From Candidatus Magasanikbacteria bacterium RIFCSPLOWO2_12_FULL_43_12 (GTDB lineage Bacteria > Patescibacteriota > Patescibacteriia > Magasanikbacterales > UBA922), in assembly GCA_001783065.1 (NCBI GenBank), contig MFQN01000004.1, forward strand, positions 22,836-86,835: 64,000 nucleotides of DNA. The letters are read 5' to 3'. The position numbers and the translations under genes are program-made. Below the pieces are notes generated by a model that was given only the letters and a program-made list of their open reading frames with translations, was not told the origin of the DNA and made no database searches. Of this stretch, positions 18,610 to 28,526 are shown piece after piece (the stretch's first letter is position 1; every line of letters begins with the position of its first letter).

Positions 18610-20003
18610 TAAAGTTCTTCCCAGCTGATTAAATCATACACCGTTCCCACCGGAAAACCGGGCGGCGGGTAGTATTTCAGATTGCCGTCGTAGATGTGAT
18701 AGGTGTCAACAAAACCGGAAACCACATTGCCCCAGCCATTGACATATTTCCAACCGCCGCCTTGATAAGAAATCTGCGAGCCGAATATCGTCAAACTATC
18801 TTTCAAGCCATTATAATAATATGGATGGTAAAGTTTACTAAATTGCGACAGCATGGCGGCGTTAATTTCCATGTCGTTTGGCACATCATGCGGTATAACA
18901 ACATCGCCTTGCGCCAAAATGCCAACAACATCGTCGCTGGATTTTTCCGCGTAAAGTAAATTGTTGTTTATATACGCTTTTTTATACGGCTCCTGCACTG
19001 GAAACTTCCCCACTCCGACACTTACCCGGCCGTCAACCGTGCCTTCTATCCAAACGTCGTCTTCCACAAAAATCGCGCCTGTGGTCGGTATTGAGTAGGT
19101 GCCAACAAGCTGTTCATTACCGATATCATAACAATAAGTATTGCCACTCCAATACCACCCTTTCCATTTTTTATAAAGCCACTTGCCTTCGCCATAGTAA
19201 CAGTCGCGGCTGGTGACTTTATATAGTTTGTAAGTCGCGCCGGTGAAGACAATGTGCCAACCTTCTTTGCCGGAAGCAGTATAATGTGTCCCCGACTGAT
19301 CAGCCAAATCGCGGATATCAGATAAGTCCGCGGTTACGGAAAAAAAATCTATTTCCGGAACAGGATACTGCCAAAATGATTTCGGTCCGCCGCCGCCCCA
19401 AACACCGTTATGGGTTTGGTTTTGATATTTATATGTCTCTTTAGCGCTCTTTACCCAAGAATCTGTTGTGCCATCAAATCTTATTCCGCCATTGGAATGG
19501 GTGGTGCCGTGGACTTCCGTGGTAAAACTAAAATTCATGTTGGCGTTGGAGAGGAATGTATAGTCGGTCAACGCCGCGAATCCCAATCTGACTTGAAGCT
19601 CGCGTTTGGTCTGTGGTTCGGCGGTGGTCCAGCCGGTGGAACGGACAATCACCACGCTGCTGCCGGCCAGCGGCTCATCAATTTCCAAAGAATAATAGCC
19701 GATTACCGTCCCATTTTTATCTTCATAATCGTGCTGATATGGTCCGGGTTCGCCTCCGGTTCCGTCCCAATAATCCGTCGGCGAGTGCGCCAAATGCCAG
19801 CGGTAATAATTTATTCCGGCCTCGGCGATCTGAAACGCCAAGTCGCGATTGTGCTTGCGATTTGACGCTTTATTTTCAAAAATCGCGTAGCTCGCCACGC
19901 CGGAAATTATCATCATGCTTGCCACCGCGCCGAAAACCAAAACAAACATAAGGATGCTGCCACGATGCTTTGATGTGGATTGTTTATTTTTTTTGGATAA
20001 CAT
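18609..20003 (-). CDS. PilX-like type IV minor pilin
   Basis: 'HRG|SILMFVLVF' prepilin-like start, 'AFQIAEAGINY', C-terminal 'PPPGFP'. Confidence 0.75.
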   Translation of the reverse strand: MLSKKNKQSTSKHRGSILMFVLVFGAVASMMIISGVASYAIFENKASNRKHNRDLAFQIAEAGINYYRWHLAHSPTDYWDGTGGEPGPYQHDYEDKNGTVIGYYSLEIDEPLAGSSVVIVRSTGWTTAEPQTKRELQVRLGFAALTDYTFLSNANMNFSFTTEVHGTTHSNGGIRFDGTTDSWVKSAKETYKYQNQTHNGVWGGGGPKSFWQYPVPEIDFFSVTADLSDIRDLADQSGTHYTASGKEGWHIVFTGATYKLYKVTSRDCYYGEGKWLYKKWKGWYWSGNTYCYDIGNEQLVGTYSIPTTGAIFVEDDVWIEGTVDGRVSVGVGKFPVQEPYKKAYINNNLLYAEKSSDDVVGILAQGDVVIPHDVPNDMEINAAMLSQFSKLYHPYYYNGLKDSLTIFGSQISYQGGGWKYVNGWGNVVSGFVDTYHIYDGNLKYYPPPGFPVGTVYDLISWEEL

Positions 20004-20012
20004 AGTGTGCAG

Positions 20013-20143
20013 ATGTGCGAACATACGAAAAGGATACGAAATTACGAACTACGAACAGCGAATTGGGGTAAAAAATAAAAATATATATATCATCATGATA
20101 TTTCGTAGTTCGTAATTTCGTAATTGTTCGTAAGTTCGCACAT
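20013..20143. repeat. gene-less ACGAA-family inverted repeat
   Basis: Arms 20013-20055 and 20101-20143; solo arm at 20770-20812. Confidence 0.85.
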
Positions 20144-20146
20144 AAC

Positions 20147-20767
20147 TCAATTCCCTTTCAAATTCCTTATCATCGCCGCGCTTTCCACTTCCAGCGGCAC
20201 CGGGCTTTCGGTTGGGTCTTCTTCAAGCTCAAGACGCACGCGAATCATTCGCGCGTCAACCTCGTCAATCGGTTGGACCAGCGCGGCTTCAGTGCCGGTG
20301 TAATCTTCGTCATAATACAAAAACACTGGTTCGCTCTCTTCAAAATTCACCACGCTGTGCGCGATTTCAACCGTTTGCTCCGCGCCGGAATAGCTTAATG
20401 GACTACCGCTCGGTTTTATCACGCCCTTTTTTAATGTTGTCCCATCCAACCAGAACCTTACCCGTTCCCGCAAACTATCGTCATCAACGTTGGCGTAAAC
20501 AATCAGTTCATAATCACCCGCTTCTGCCAGCGGATAGCCGCCAATGCTGGATTCTTCCGCCTTTCTAACAACATCAACTACTTGCTGTAAAACTTTGCGG
20601 CCGTCGTTTTGGGTTTGCAATTGTCCAAAAATAATATCGCTGTAACGCAAACCATCAATAATCAACCAAACTACTGTTATGGCAATCATAGCGGAAATTC
20701 CCAAAGCCACCGATAACTCCACAATAGTAAATCCCTTGTGTTTCTTTGTGTTTTTTCTACGTATCAT
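20147..20767 (-). CDS. type IV prepilin (PilW-like)
   Basis: N-methylation motif KG|FTIVEL. Confidence 0.82.
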   Translation of the reverse strand: MIRRKNTKKHKGFTIVELSVALGISAMIAITVVWLIIDGLRYSDIIFGQLQTQNDGRKVLQQVVDVVRKAEESSIGGYPLAEAGDYELIVYANVDDDSLRERVRFWLDGTTLKKGVIKPSGSPLSYSGAEQTVEIAHSVVNFEESEPVFLYYDEDYTGTEAALVQPIDEVDARMIRVRLELEEDPTESPVPLEVESAAMIRNLKGN

Positions 20768-20814
20768 ATTTTCGTAGTTCGTAGTTTCGTAATTGTTCGT
20801 AAGTTCGCACATAA

Positions 20815-22608
20815 TTATTCACTCGTCATCTCCGCCCCAAAAATCATATCGCCGGAAACACTCACCGTCTGGGTATTGGTTTGATAGCCGGTCTTCGTTA
20901 TTTCAACCGTGTAATCTGTCGCTGACAAACCGCCAAAATATGACTGACCGGGCGGGGTGCAGGCATTGGTATAGGTGACCATCAAATCTGAAACTGTCGG
21001 TGTAACCGCGGTTGACGCAGTGCTTAAAAATAATTTATAGCGAAAATATCTATCGCCATTGTGTGTGCTGTTGATTGCGATGTTCTCGGCATCATAATAT
21101 GTCGCGGCTGTGCCATCCGGTCCCAAATAATTCCACGACGCGGGCGCTGAAACATCACTGGTGGCAATCTGCCAGCGGACAGAATCCGCGCCTGTCTCTG
21201 CCGGCTGGCCCAGCGGCTCCCAGATTAAATTAACAAAATTAACCGCGACGCCCAAATCAAACACTGATGATTCAAGCTCGCCGCTGGTAAGATAGTTTTG
21301 TCCGATTTTCGCGAGAACAATATCGCCGGCATTGTTCCCGTTAACATCAACTTTCCCATCATCGCTCCAATACTTTGTTTCGTCAACATAAGAAAGCTGG
21401 CCTGAACCGCCAGACCAGTCGGTCTGTCGCGTAAAACCGATTCCGGTGGTCTTGGTCTGGTCATAACTCCCGGCATAAGCGCGCACGCTCGCGTTGGAAA
21501 TCGGCTGATTCGTGGTATTATCAACGACATTAACCAACAAAGAATTACTCGTGTTGGCGCCGACTAAAAGTTGAACAGGTTGTGTGACGCCGGCAGGCAA
21601 ATCAATCGGTAAAATCGGGATTGACCCGATTAAATCATAACCGGAATTAACGCTCAAGCCATAAGAGTCCCACTCTAAATCAATTAAACTGCCAGCTCCA
21701 CCGGCATCAGTGGAAAAATCGTCGTCAACCTTGAAAACATCGGGTTCAACGCCAAATAGTTTCGTTCCTAAAACATGCAGAGAAACATTCCCAACCGCGG
21801 AACAATACGCGTTGGTGGTGGAAATATCCATTTGCGAAACCCTATCTATGGAAAAACTAATCTCGGTAACATTCTGCGCCTCCACTGATGCCGGCTCTTT
21901 CACCGGGTCCGGAATTGCCTCGCTCGGCGCTATGGTTTGGTCTATGGTGTATCCGTCTTTAGACACGGTGATACTATAGACGCCGATGCCCGCGCCCAAA
22001 TCAACCAATTTTAACATACCATCGTTGTCCGTCGTGTCTGTCAAATCAATGGTCGGATTAGTTTCAGTGGCGACAATATGAACATCCGCGCCGGAAACCG
22101 GATCGCCGTCAGCGTCAAACACTTCAATAAACAACGCGCCATGCGTCGGATCGCCTTCTAAAAGTTTCGGCGAAACATAGGTCGCCTCGCTCACTTTTTT
22201 TGTTTGGTTGCATTTGTCACAGATTATTTCCACCTCAACTAATTTATAGTCAGCCGGCGCGAGATCGTTGGGGTCGCCGCCGATAGTGCCATCAAATTCG
22301 TCGTCAATGTTTCTAATCGTGCGCGTAATTTCAAATTCAATTCCACTGCGGGTGGTTGTTACTGTTCTTTCTAACACGCCTGACGGACTGCCGTTGATAA
22401 TGCCGACATCTTCAAACGGCAGGTTGCGAATAATTTCCAGTTGTTCGTTCAAAAGCGCGGTTTCCAAAATTTTCATCCGCGAATAATAAACCGACTTGAA
22501 AACAAACTGAATGCCGGAATAAATTCCACTCATGAATAACAAAAACACGCCGAGCGCGACGACAATCTCGATAAGGGTGAAACCGCGGTGTGTATTTTTA
22601 TCTGCCAT
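20815..22608 (-). CDS. type IV prepilin with carboxypeptidase-regulatory-like beta domains (PilV-like)
   Basis: RG|FTLIEIVVA; 'PVSGADV', 'YSITVSKDGY'. Confidence 0.82.
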   Translation of the reverse strand: MADKNTHRGFTLIEIVVALGVFLLFMSGIYSGIQFVFKSVYYSRMKILETALLNEQLEIIRNLPFEDVGIINGSPSGVLERTVTTTRSGIEFEITRTIRNIDDEFDGTIGGDPNDLAPADYKLVEVEIICDKCNQTKKVSEATYVSPKLLEGDPTHGALFIEVFDADGDPVSGADVHIVATETNPTIDLTDTTDNDGMLKLVDLGAGIGVYSITVSKDGYTIDQTIAPSEAIPDPVKEPASVEAQNVTEISFSIDRVSQMDISTTNAYCSAVGNVSLHVLGTKLFGVEPDVFKVDDDFSTDAGGAGSLIDLEWDSYGLSVNSGYDLIGSIPILPIDLPAGVTQPVQLLVGANTSNSLLVNVVDNTTNQPISNASVRAYAGSYDQTKTTGIGFTRQTDWSGGSGQLSYVDETKYWSDDGKVDVNGNNAGDIVLAKIGQNYLTSGELESSVFDLGVAVNFVNLIWEPLGQPAETGADSVRWQIATSDVSAPASWNYLGPDGTAATYYDAENIAINSTHNGDRYFRYKLFLSTASTAVTPTVSDLMVTYTNACTPPGQSYFGGLSATDYTVEITKTGYQTNTQTVSVSGDMIFGAEMTSE

Positions 22609-22796
22609 CTTACGGTTTGATTTGAATATATTATATCATAAAAGAAAGACAGAACACAGAACCCAGTTAACAAAACACAACGAATCTCATCGTTAGTTCT
22701 ATGTGTCATGCTAATTGTGTTCTGTGTTTTGATGGCGACCTTGACTTTTCTCCATAAATCCACCATACTACACCAACTTAATCTTTAACACACTCT

Positions 22797-24071
22797 ATGC
22801 CCCACACCGCCAAAAAACTGGAAAAATCGCAGATTGAATTGACGATTACCGTCGCGCCGGCTGAATACCAAAAACATCTGGAAAGAGCCGCGCAGAAAAT
22901 ATCAGAACGGGCAGCCATCAAAGGCTTCCGCCCGGGCAAGGCGCCGTATGAAATGATAAAAAAAGAAATCGGCGAAATGAAAATAATGCAAGAAGCGCTT
23001 GAAGCCATTGTTCAGGCAAGTTTTTATGACGCGATAAAATCTGAAGGCGTAGAAACTGTGGGAATGCCGCAAATCAGCCTGGAAAAAATGGCGCCGGACA
23101 ATGACTTGACCTACAAGGCCACGGTTGCTTTGATGCCTAAAGTCAAGTTGTCTAATATAAAAAAGGTGTCTGTTAAAAAAGAAGTAAAAAAAGTTGAAGA
23201 CAAAGATATAGAAAAAACGCTGGATAGTTTGCGCGAAACGCGAGCAAAAGAAGTGATAAAAACCGGCAAAGCCGAAAATAATGACATGTTACTAATAGAT
23301 TTGGAAATGTTTTTAGACAAAATTCCGGTTGAAGGCGGGCAAGCCAGAGATTATCGCGTGTATTTGGGCGAGGATCATTATGTGCCCGGGTTTAATCAAC
23401 AGGCGGCTGGACTGCAAAAAGGCGATGAAAAAGAATTCGCCTTGGACTTTCCACCGAATCACTATCAAAAAAATCTCGCTGGCAAAAAAGTTAATTTCAA
23501 AATTAAAGTTAAAGATGTTTTTGAGCGGCAACTTCCGCCGGCTGACGATGAATTCGCGAAAATCCTCGGGCAAGAAAGTTTTACCAAACTGCAAGAGTTG
23601 ATGCGCCGCAATTTAACCGAAGAAGCGAAAAAACATGCCGAACAAAAATACGAAATTGAACTGCTGGACAACATGGTCGCCCAATCAGAATTTGAAGAAA
23701 TTCCGGAAGTTCTGCTTAACGCGGAACGGCAAAAAATGTTTTATGAATTAAAATCCGATCTGGAACATCACGGCATCACGATTGAAAAATATTTGGAAGA
23801 TATTAAAAAAACCAAGCAGGAAATGTTTGAGGAATTCCGCGCCCAAGCGGAAAAACGCGCCAAAGCCGCGCTGGTCTCCCGCCAAATCGCGAAAGAAAAT
23901 AACATAACCGCGGGAGATGAAGAAATTGATAAAGAGATAAAAATGATGGAAGATGTTTATAAGGACAACAAAGAGCGCGTGGAACGGTTGAAATTCCCCG
24001 AGGTCCGCAATGCCATTGCAATGTTAGTGCAAAACAGAAAGACGATTGAATGGATGAAGAGAGAGACATAG
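22797..24071 (+). CDS. tig: trigger factor
   Basis: 'GFRPGKAP' ribosome-binding motif, FKBP domain. Confidence 0.95.
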   Translation: MPHTAKKLEKSQIELTITVAPAEYQKHLERAAQKISERAAIKGFRPGKAPYEMIKKEIGEMKIMQEALEAIVQASFYDAIKSEGVETVGMPQISLEKMAPDNDLTYKATVALMPKVKLSNIKKVSVKKEVKKVEDKDIEKTLDSLRETRAKEVIKTGKAENNDMLLIDLEMFLDKIPVEGGQARDYRVYLGEDHYVPGFNQQAAGLQKGDEKEFALDFPPNHYQKNLAGKKVNFKIKVKDVFERQLPPADDEFAKILGQESFTKLQELMRRNLTEEAKKHAEQKYEIELLDNMVAQSEFEEIPEVLLNAERQKMFYELKSDLEHHGITIEKYLEDIKKTKQEMFEEFRAQAEKRAKAALVSRQIAKENNITAGDEEIDKEIKMMEDVYKDNKERVERLKFPEVRNAIAMLVQNRKTIEWMKRET

Positions 24072-24089
24072 GGTTTTTAAACTCACCAA

Positions 24090-24200
24090 CGAACACCTCC
24101 CTCGCCCTCCTCCGAGGAGGGAAATTATAAACTCCCCTCTCGAAGATGGGTGAAGAAATTTACAACCTCCCCTCTCGGAGAGGGGCAGGGGGTGTGTTCG
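24090..24200. repeat. GC-rich REP-like cluster (DUF559-associated family)
   Basis: cgaacacctccctcgccctcctccgaggaggg ... cccctctcggagaggggcagggggtgtgttcg. Confidence 0.8.
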
Positions 24201-24272
24201 TACGATGTTAGCTTGACTTTCTTGCCATATTATAATATACTCTACCCACACTTAATTTCCTCTTAAAATACT

Positions 24273-24539
24273 ATGCCAAACCTAAAAAACGCGAAAAAGG
24301 CGTTACGTCGGGCGAAAAAGCGGGCGCTCGGCAATGCCGTTGCCACAAAAATCTATAAAGACGCGGTGCGGATAATAAAGAAGGCGGTAGTTGCCGGAGA
24401 AACCGAACTGAAAGAAAAGCTCCGTTTAGCGCAAAAAGCGCTGGACAAGGCTGCTAAACGCGGAGTTATCAAAAAAAATACCGCCGGACGACGCTTCTCT
24501 CGCCTCATGGCGCAAATCAACAAAGTTGCAAAAAAATAA
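24273..24539 (+). CDS. rpsT: 30S ribosomal protein S20
   Basis: 'MPNLKNAKKALR', 'LDKAAKRGVIKKNTAGRR'. Confidence 0.95.
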   Translation: MPNLKNAKKALRRAKKRALGNAVATKIYKDAVRIIKKAVVAGETELKEKLRLAQKALDKAAKRGVIKKNTAGRRFSRLMAQINKVAKK

Positions 24540-24590
24540 AAACGTAGTAAAATAAATCCCAGTTAAGACTGGGATTTATTATTTAATAAT

Positions 24591-25136
24591 ATGTCAGAAT
24601 TAAAAGAAAATTTTCTCTCCGAAGTGGTCCGCGGCGATTACCTGCCAAACGCGGTTGGGGTTCCTCTCTCTCATATTCAAGGATGTGTGGCTGACAATGC
24701 TTTGGAAGACATTCTTCTTGAAGATTGGACGCTCCCGATGTTTTATGAACAATACAAAAACGGCGGCGCTAAGGGTTGGTTGTTAAAAGGTTGGGTTGTA
24801 AAAAATTTACCTGGACAATTTGCGAAGGTGGTGGAAGTATCACCGAAAAATACAGAGGCTGATTGCTTAAAAATTGTTGAGGGGGTCCCGGAGTTGAAAA
24901 AATGCCTTGAATACGCCGACTATTTGCGGAATCTGTTTCAGCGCAAAATTGATAATATCCGCGGCAGATTATCAACAGAAACCAACGAATTGTTGGCTAA
25001 GGAGCTTGGTGGTTTGTTAAACGATTTTAACGAACTGCGCCAGACCACCCGTTTTGATCCGGAAAAAGATCCTGAATACGAAAAACAAAAAGAGACTATT
25101 GAAGCGCCCCCAGAACCGCCAACTGACCGAAGATAA
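24591..25136 (+). CDS. hypothetical protein
   Basis: 181-aa ORF filling the gap; no recognised motif. Confidence 0.5.
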   Translation: MSELKENFLSEVVRGDYLPNAVGVPLSHIQGCVADNALEDILLEDWTLPMFYEQYKNGGAKGWLLKGWVVKNLPGQFAKVVEVSPKNTEADCLKIVEGVPELKKCLEYADYLRNLFQRKIDNIRGRLSTETNELLAKELGGLLNDFNELRQTTRFDPEKDPEYEKQKETIEAPPEPPTDRR

Positions 25137-25138
25137 AC

Positions 25139-26185
25139 CTACGCCGTCCCCACAAAAACATCCAACAATAACGACTGGTCGCCTTGGCCGGTCTTTGTTT
25201 TTACATCTAAATCCAACAAACGCTGATAAACGGTTTTTAATTTAGCCAAAGAATATTTTTTAACGAACACCAAAGACTTTTTTACGACAAACGGATGCAG
25301 ATTGAGTTTTTTCGCCAGCTGTTCACTCGGTAGATTATCTTCGCGGTCGTATAAATCCCGCAGTTCCAACAAAATTCTAAATTGCCGCAGAAGCATCGCA
25401 AAAACAAACTGCGCGTCCTCCCCCAATCGGTACTGCTCGCGAATCATTTTATACGCCTCTTTACTTCTCCCTGCCACCACCGCGTCAACGAGGTTGAAAA
25501 TGCTATCGTCGGCTTTTTCGTCAAGAAACAATTGAACATCGGCAAGCTCAATTTCGCGCCCTGTCATCGCGAGCCCCGGCACAGGGGCGTGGCGATCCAG
25601 CCCGTCGCCACTGGATTGCTTCGTCGCTCGTTCCTCGCTCCTCGCAATGACATATGCTATCAGTTGGTTTATAAGCGAATTCAGTCTCCACATATCCCCG
25701 CCAACATTCCGCGCCAAATATTGCACCGCTTGCTGGTCAATCTTTCCACCCCGTTCTTTAACTTCCTGCGTTATCCAACTATTTAATTTCACCCCAACCA
25801 ACAAATCAAACTTCTGACAAAACTTTTCTTTCGCCAAACACTTGAATAAATTTTCGGCTTCTTTGCCTTTGAATTTATCAGCGCCTTCCCAAAAAACCAA
25901 TACGGTCGCGTCCGACAAACTCTTCTTTTCTATTTTTTCTTGAAGTCCCGCCAACAAATCCTTATTTTTTGATAATAATAAATTTTCCAAAATAACCATT
26001 CGCTTCTCCGCCAAAAACGGCGTGGCTAAAATCTGCTCCCAAATTTTTCCATCTTCCTCTTTTTGACAATCCAAAATAGCCGCGTTATATCCACCCGGAT
26101 CGCGGTCTTTCTTGAACTTTTCTATCATTTTTTTTAGTTGTTGCCGGCTCCGGAACGTATCCGCGCCGTAGAGGAATATGATCAT
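25139..26185 (-). CDS. holA: DNA polymerase III delta subunit (with in-frame repeat insertion)
   Basis: 'MIIFLYGAD', 'PFLAEKRMV', 'IFNLVDAV', 'LHPFVVKK', 'DVKTKTG'. Confidence 0.9.
   Translation of the reverse strand: MIIFLYGADTFRSRQQLKKMIEKFKKDRDPGGYNAAILDCQKEEDGKIWEQILATPFLAEKRMVILENLLLSKNKDLLAGLQEKIEKKSLSDATVLVFWEGADKFKGKEAENLFKCLAKEKFCQKFDLLVGVKLNSWITQEVKERGGKIDQQAVQYLARNVGGDMWRLNSLINQLIAYVIARSEERATKQSSGDGLDRHAPVPGLAMTGREIELADVQLFLDEKADDSIFNLVDAVVAGRSKEAYKMIREQYRLGEDAQFVFAMLLRQFRILLELRDLYDREDNLPSEQLAKKLNLHPFVVKKSLVFVKKYSLAKLKTVYQRLLDLDVKTKTGQGDQSLLLDVFVGTA
25563..25651. repeat. REP-like palindrome inside holA
   Basis: gtcatcgcgag...ggattgcttcgtcg...ctcgcaatgac; same family as 7037-7130. 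Confidence 0.85.
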
Positions 26186-26188
26186 AAT

Positions 26189-26528
26189 AGCCCACTAATT
26201 GAGCGGCCACTAATAAAACTAATTTGCCACCCTCTTAGATTTTATTCCGTTCTACGATCGTGTTTTCAACCACAAAATCAATAAAATACCTGCCCATCCG
26301 CCTGCCATTATACATCAATACGCATTTTTGCTCTTTTTTATACAACTTTTTTCTATCTAACAGTTCCATCTCGTATGCTCTTTGATAATATTTCTCTTGA
26401 TAACCAAAACCCAATCTATTACTGACATTAAAAGCTAAACCTACCAACTCATAGCTTAATTCCGGATACAAAAGATCACCCTCCTTATTCATATTGGTGG
26501 CAATTAGTGGTCGCTTAATTAGTGGGCT
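26189..26528. mobile_element. inverted-repeat-flanked GxxExxY cassette 2 (CACTAATT family)
   Basis: 26-bp arms 26189-26214 and 26503-26528, 2 mismatches; solo arms at 28493-28528 and 47323-47388. Confidence 0.6.
26235..26492 (-). pseudogene. truncated GxxExxY protein
   Basis: 'LGFGYQEKYYQ', 'FIDFVVENTIVE' then stop; lacks the C-terminal third seen in the 16496 paralogue. Confidence 0.75.
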
Positions 26529-26529
26529 G

Positions 26530-27135
26530 TTATTTCAACTCCCCCCACCTTTTCCCCACACCGTCTTGGGGGGTATATTTCCGCAGAGATGGAAACGCTT
26601 TTAAAACCAAAACATACAAAAACACAACGACGGCCGGAATCACCAACATAAAAGAAATGGCCAGCCAAATAAACTGATAATTCTTCCTCACATAAAACAA
26701 ATAGCCAACCCCAGCGCCACAACTCATTGCGGCAAACATAATTAAAAGCGCCGACGACGCAAAGCTGTCCAAGACGAGTTTGCCAAAAACAGTGCGGCCT
26801 TCTGAAAGAACAATTGAATTAAGCAGGTTGCTTAACAGGAAGAACAACAAGACAAAAAAGAAAACCTTAACAATTTTGATGGTAAACTCAAAAATCTGTA
26901 GCGGCACCGAAAAATCATCATATTTTGTCAGTACTCGAGAACGACGAACAGCGATGATAAAACCCAACAATGGCGAAATTATGACCTGAAAACTGCGAAG
27001 TATTATAATGTCCATCCACCCATCTCTGGTGTTCCCCATCCAAAATGCCCCGAGACTCCAAAATTTTGTGGCGCCAGTAGTCCGGTTGTCCGCTGCAGTA
27101 AAACTTTTATTCCAAAATAATTTTATAACTTTCAT
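26530..27135 (-). CDS. hypothetical membrane protein
   Basis: About 4 hydrophobic segments. Confidence 0.55.
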   Translation of the reverse strand: MKVIKLFWNKSFTAADNRTTGATKFWSLGAFWMGNTRDGWMDIIILRSFQVIISPLLGFIIAVRRSRVLTKYDDFSVPLQIFEFTIKIVKVFFFVLLFFLLSNLLNSIVLSEGRTVFGKLVLDSFASSALLIMFAAMSCGAGVGYLFYVRKNYQFIWLAISFMLVIPAVVVFLYVLVLKAFPSLRKYTPQDGVGKRWGELK

Positions 27136-27186
27136 ATCGGTTCAATAATAGTTAAACAAAAATTTAATTTGAATTAACTGTTGTTT

Positions 27187-28365
27187 CTACATAGTAAAGT
27201 CAAGCCCCGTCTTTCCGCCATACGGATCGCAGTCTACTGGAAAGCAGTCAAGCTTGTCTGATATTAAATTTAATTCTGCCTTATGACAATCCTCTGTTCT
27301 GTTTTCTTCAAATCCGGAACGTGCTGAAATGCTGATCCCACCATACGTATTAAAGTCAATACCTTCGGCGGTGTATCTATTGTCCCAATTAGCAATCTTA
27401 AGGTGTGAATCGCAACTCCTTAACAATGAAATCATTTCCACGCAATCCCTGCCCTGTTCCAGTATTCTGTGCTTTTGCGCAATCACAACCCCTGAAAAAT
27501 CCTTAAACTCGGCGACATTGGTCGGTCCGGTCCGGTCTCCACCCCAAAAACCACTCCATGTCTTATGTTGGGTATCACCAAACAAATCCCCAGTTTTGCT
27601 AAACCGGTCATAAGCGGCAACGGCGTCCTTGGGAATTTTTAACAACTGGCTTCTGTAGGTGGTTTTCTTTATTGCCTCTATTAACGATTTATAATCGCTC
27701 TCTTTGACAACAACCCAATTAGCGCCGGCCCAGTTAGTAAAATTACCAACCTCATGCCTATACCAATCACCCATCCTCACGCTGTAACTTATGTGAAAAC
27801 CTAAATATTTTTCACCTTTAGCTGTTGTCTGCTCCTCTTTCTCAATCCAAACCGGAATAATATGTTTCTTAAAATAGCCGTTGTCCGCATCATAAGTAGA
27901 GTAAGTAGAGCAAGTGGAGACTGCCCCATCACAAGTAAGGCCCGCCCACCTACCATCTTCATAATAAAACACCGGATCATTAAAAATGGTGGACCACAAA
28001 TCAATAATCAATTTTTGTTCTTCCGTGATTATTGAATTAAGGTATTCAACTGACTTTTCTATCTTTTCTTTGTGCTCTATATTTTTCCTATCCCACTCTT
28101 CGCATACGGACACAACAGACTGTGGATCTTTTTGATACACACAGCGGCCTTCATATGGAAAATAAACGCCCCCGTCTTTTTCGCACAATTCCACTTTATT
28201 TTGAGTTATCTCAACTGCTCGCTCATTTGCTCGCTCCTCGTTGTTTCTTTCGACAAAACCCAGAATTGGCCTAATCAAAGATATGGCGGCAAAAAATAAA
28301 AACACCACAATGATTATTATACCAAAAATATAAGAGATTTTGCCGAGAATTCGTTTTTCACTCAT
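27187..28365 (-). CDS. hypothetical membrane-anchored Cys-containing protein
   Basis: N-terminal TM, 392 aa, multiple Cys. Confidence 0.6.
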   Translation of the reverse strand: MSEKRILGKISYIFGIIIIVVFLFFAAISLIRPILGFVERNNEERANERAVEITQNKVELCEKDGGVYFPYEGRCVYQKDPQSVVSVCEEWDRKNIEHKEKIEKSVEYLNSIITEEQKLIIDLWSTIFNDPVFYYEDGRWAGLTCDGAVSTCSTYSTYDADNGYFKKHIIPVWIEKEEQTTAKGEKYLGFHISYSVRMGDWYRHEVGNFTNWAGANWVVVKESDYKSLIEAIKKTTYRSQLLKIPKDAVAAYDRFSKTGDLFGDTQHKTWSGFWGGDRTGPTNVAEFKDFSGVVIAQKHRILEQGRDCVEMISLLRSCDSHLKIANWDNRYTAEGIDFNTYGGISISARSGFEENRTEDCHKAELNLISDKLDCFPVDCDPYGGKTGLDFTM

Positions 28366-28526
28366 ATGATATAAAAATTAAACACGCACAAAATCTGCGT
28401 GCATTGTTTTAAATAACAAAAAGTTCTGCTCATATTCTATCATGACGCGCGCTTTTTGTGAAACTAAAAAATCAGTGGTTTGCCTTATTTATATTAGTGG
28501 CAATTAGTGGTCGTCAAATTAGTGGA

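Noticed and set aside
5606-22608. Conjugative T4SS or ICE
   Set aside because: No VirB4, VirD4 or relaxase in the window; the pilins sit among chromosomal genes
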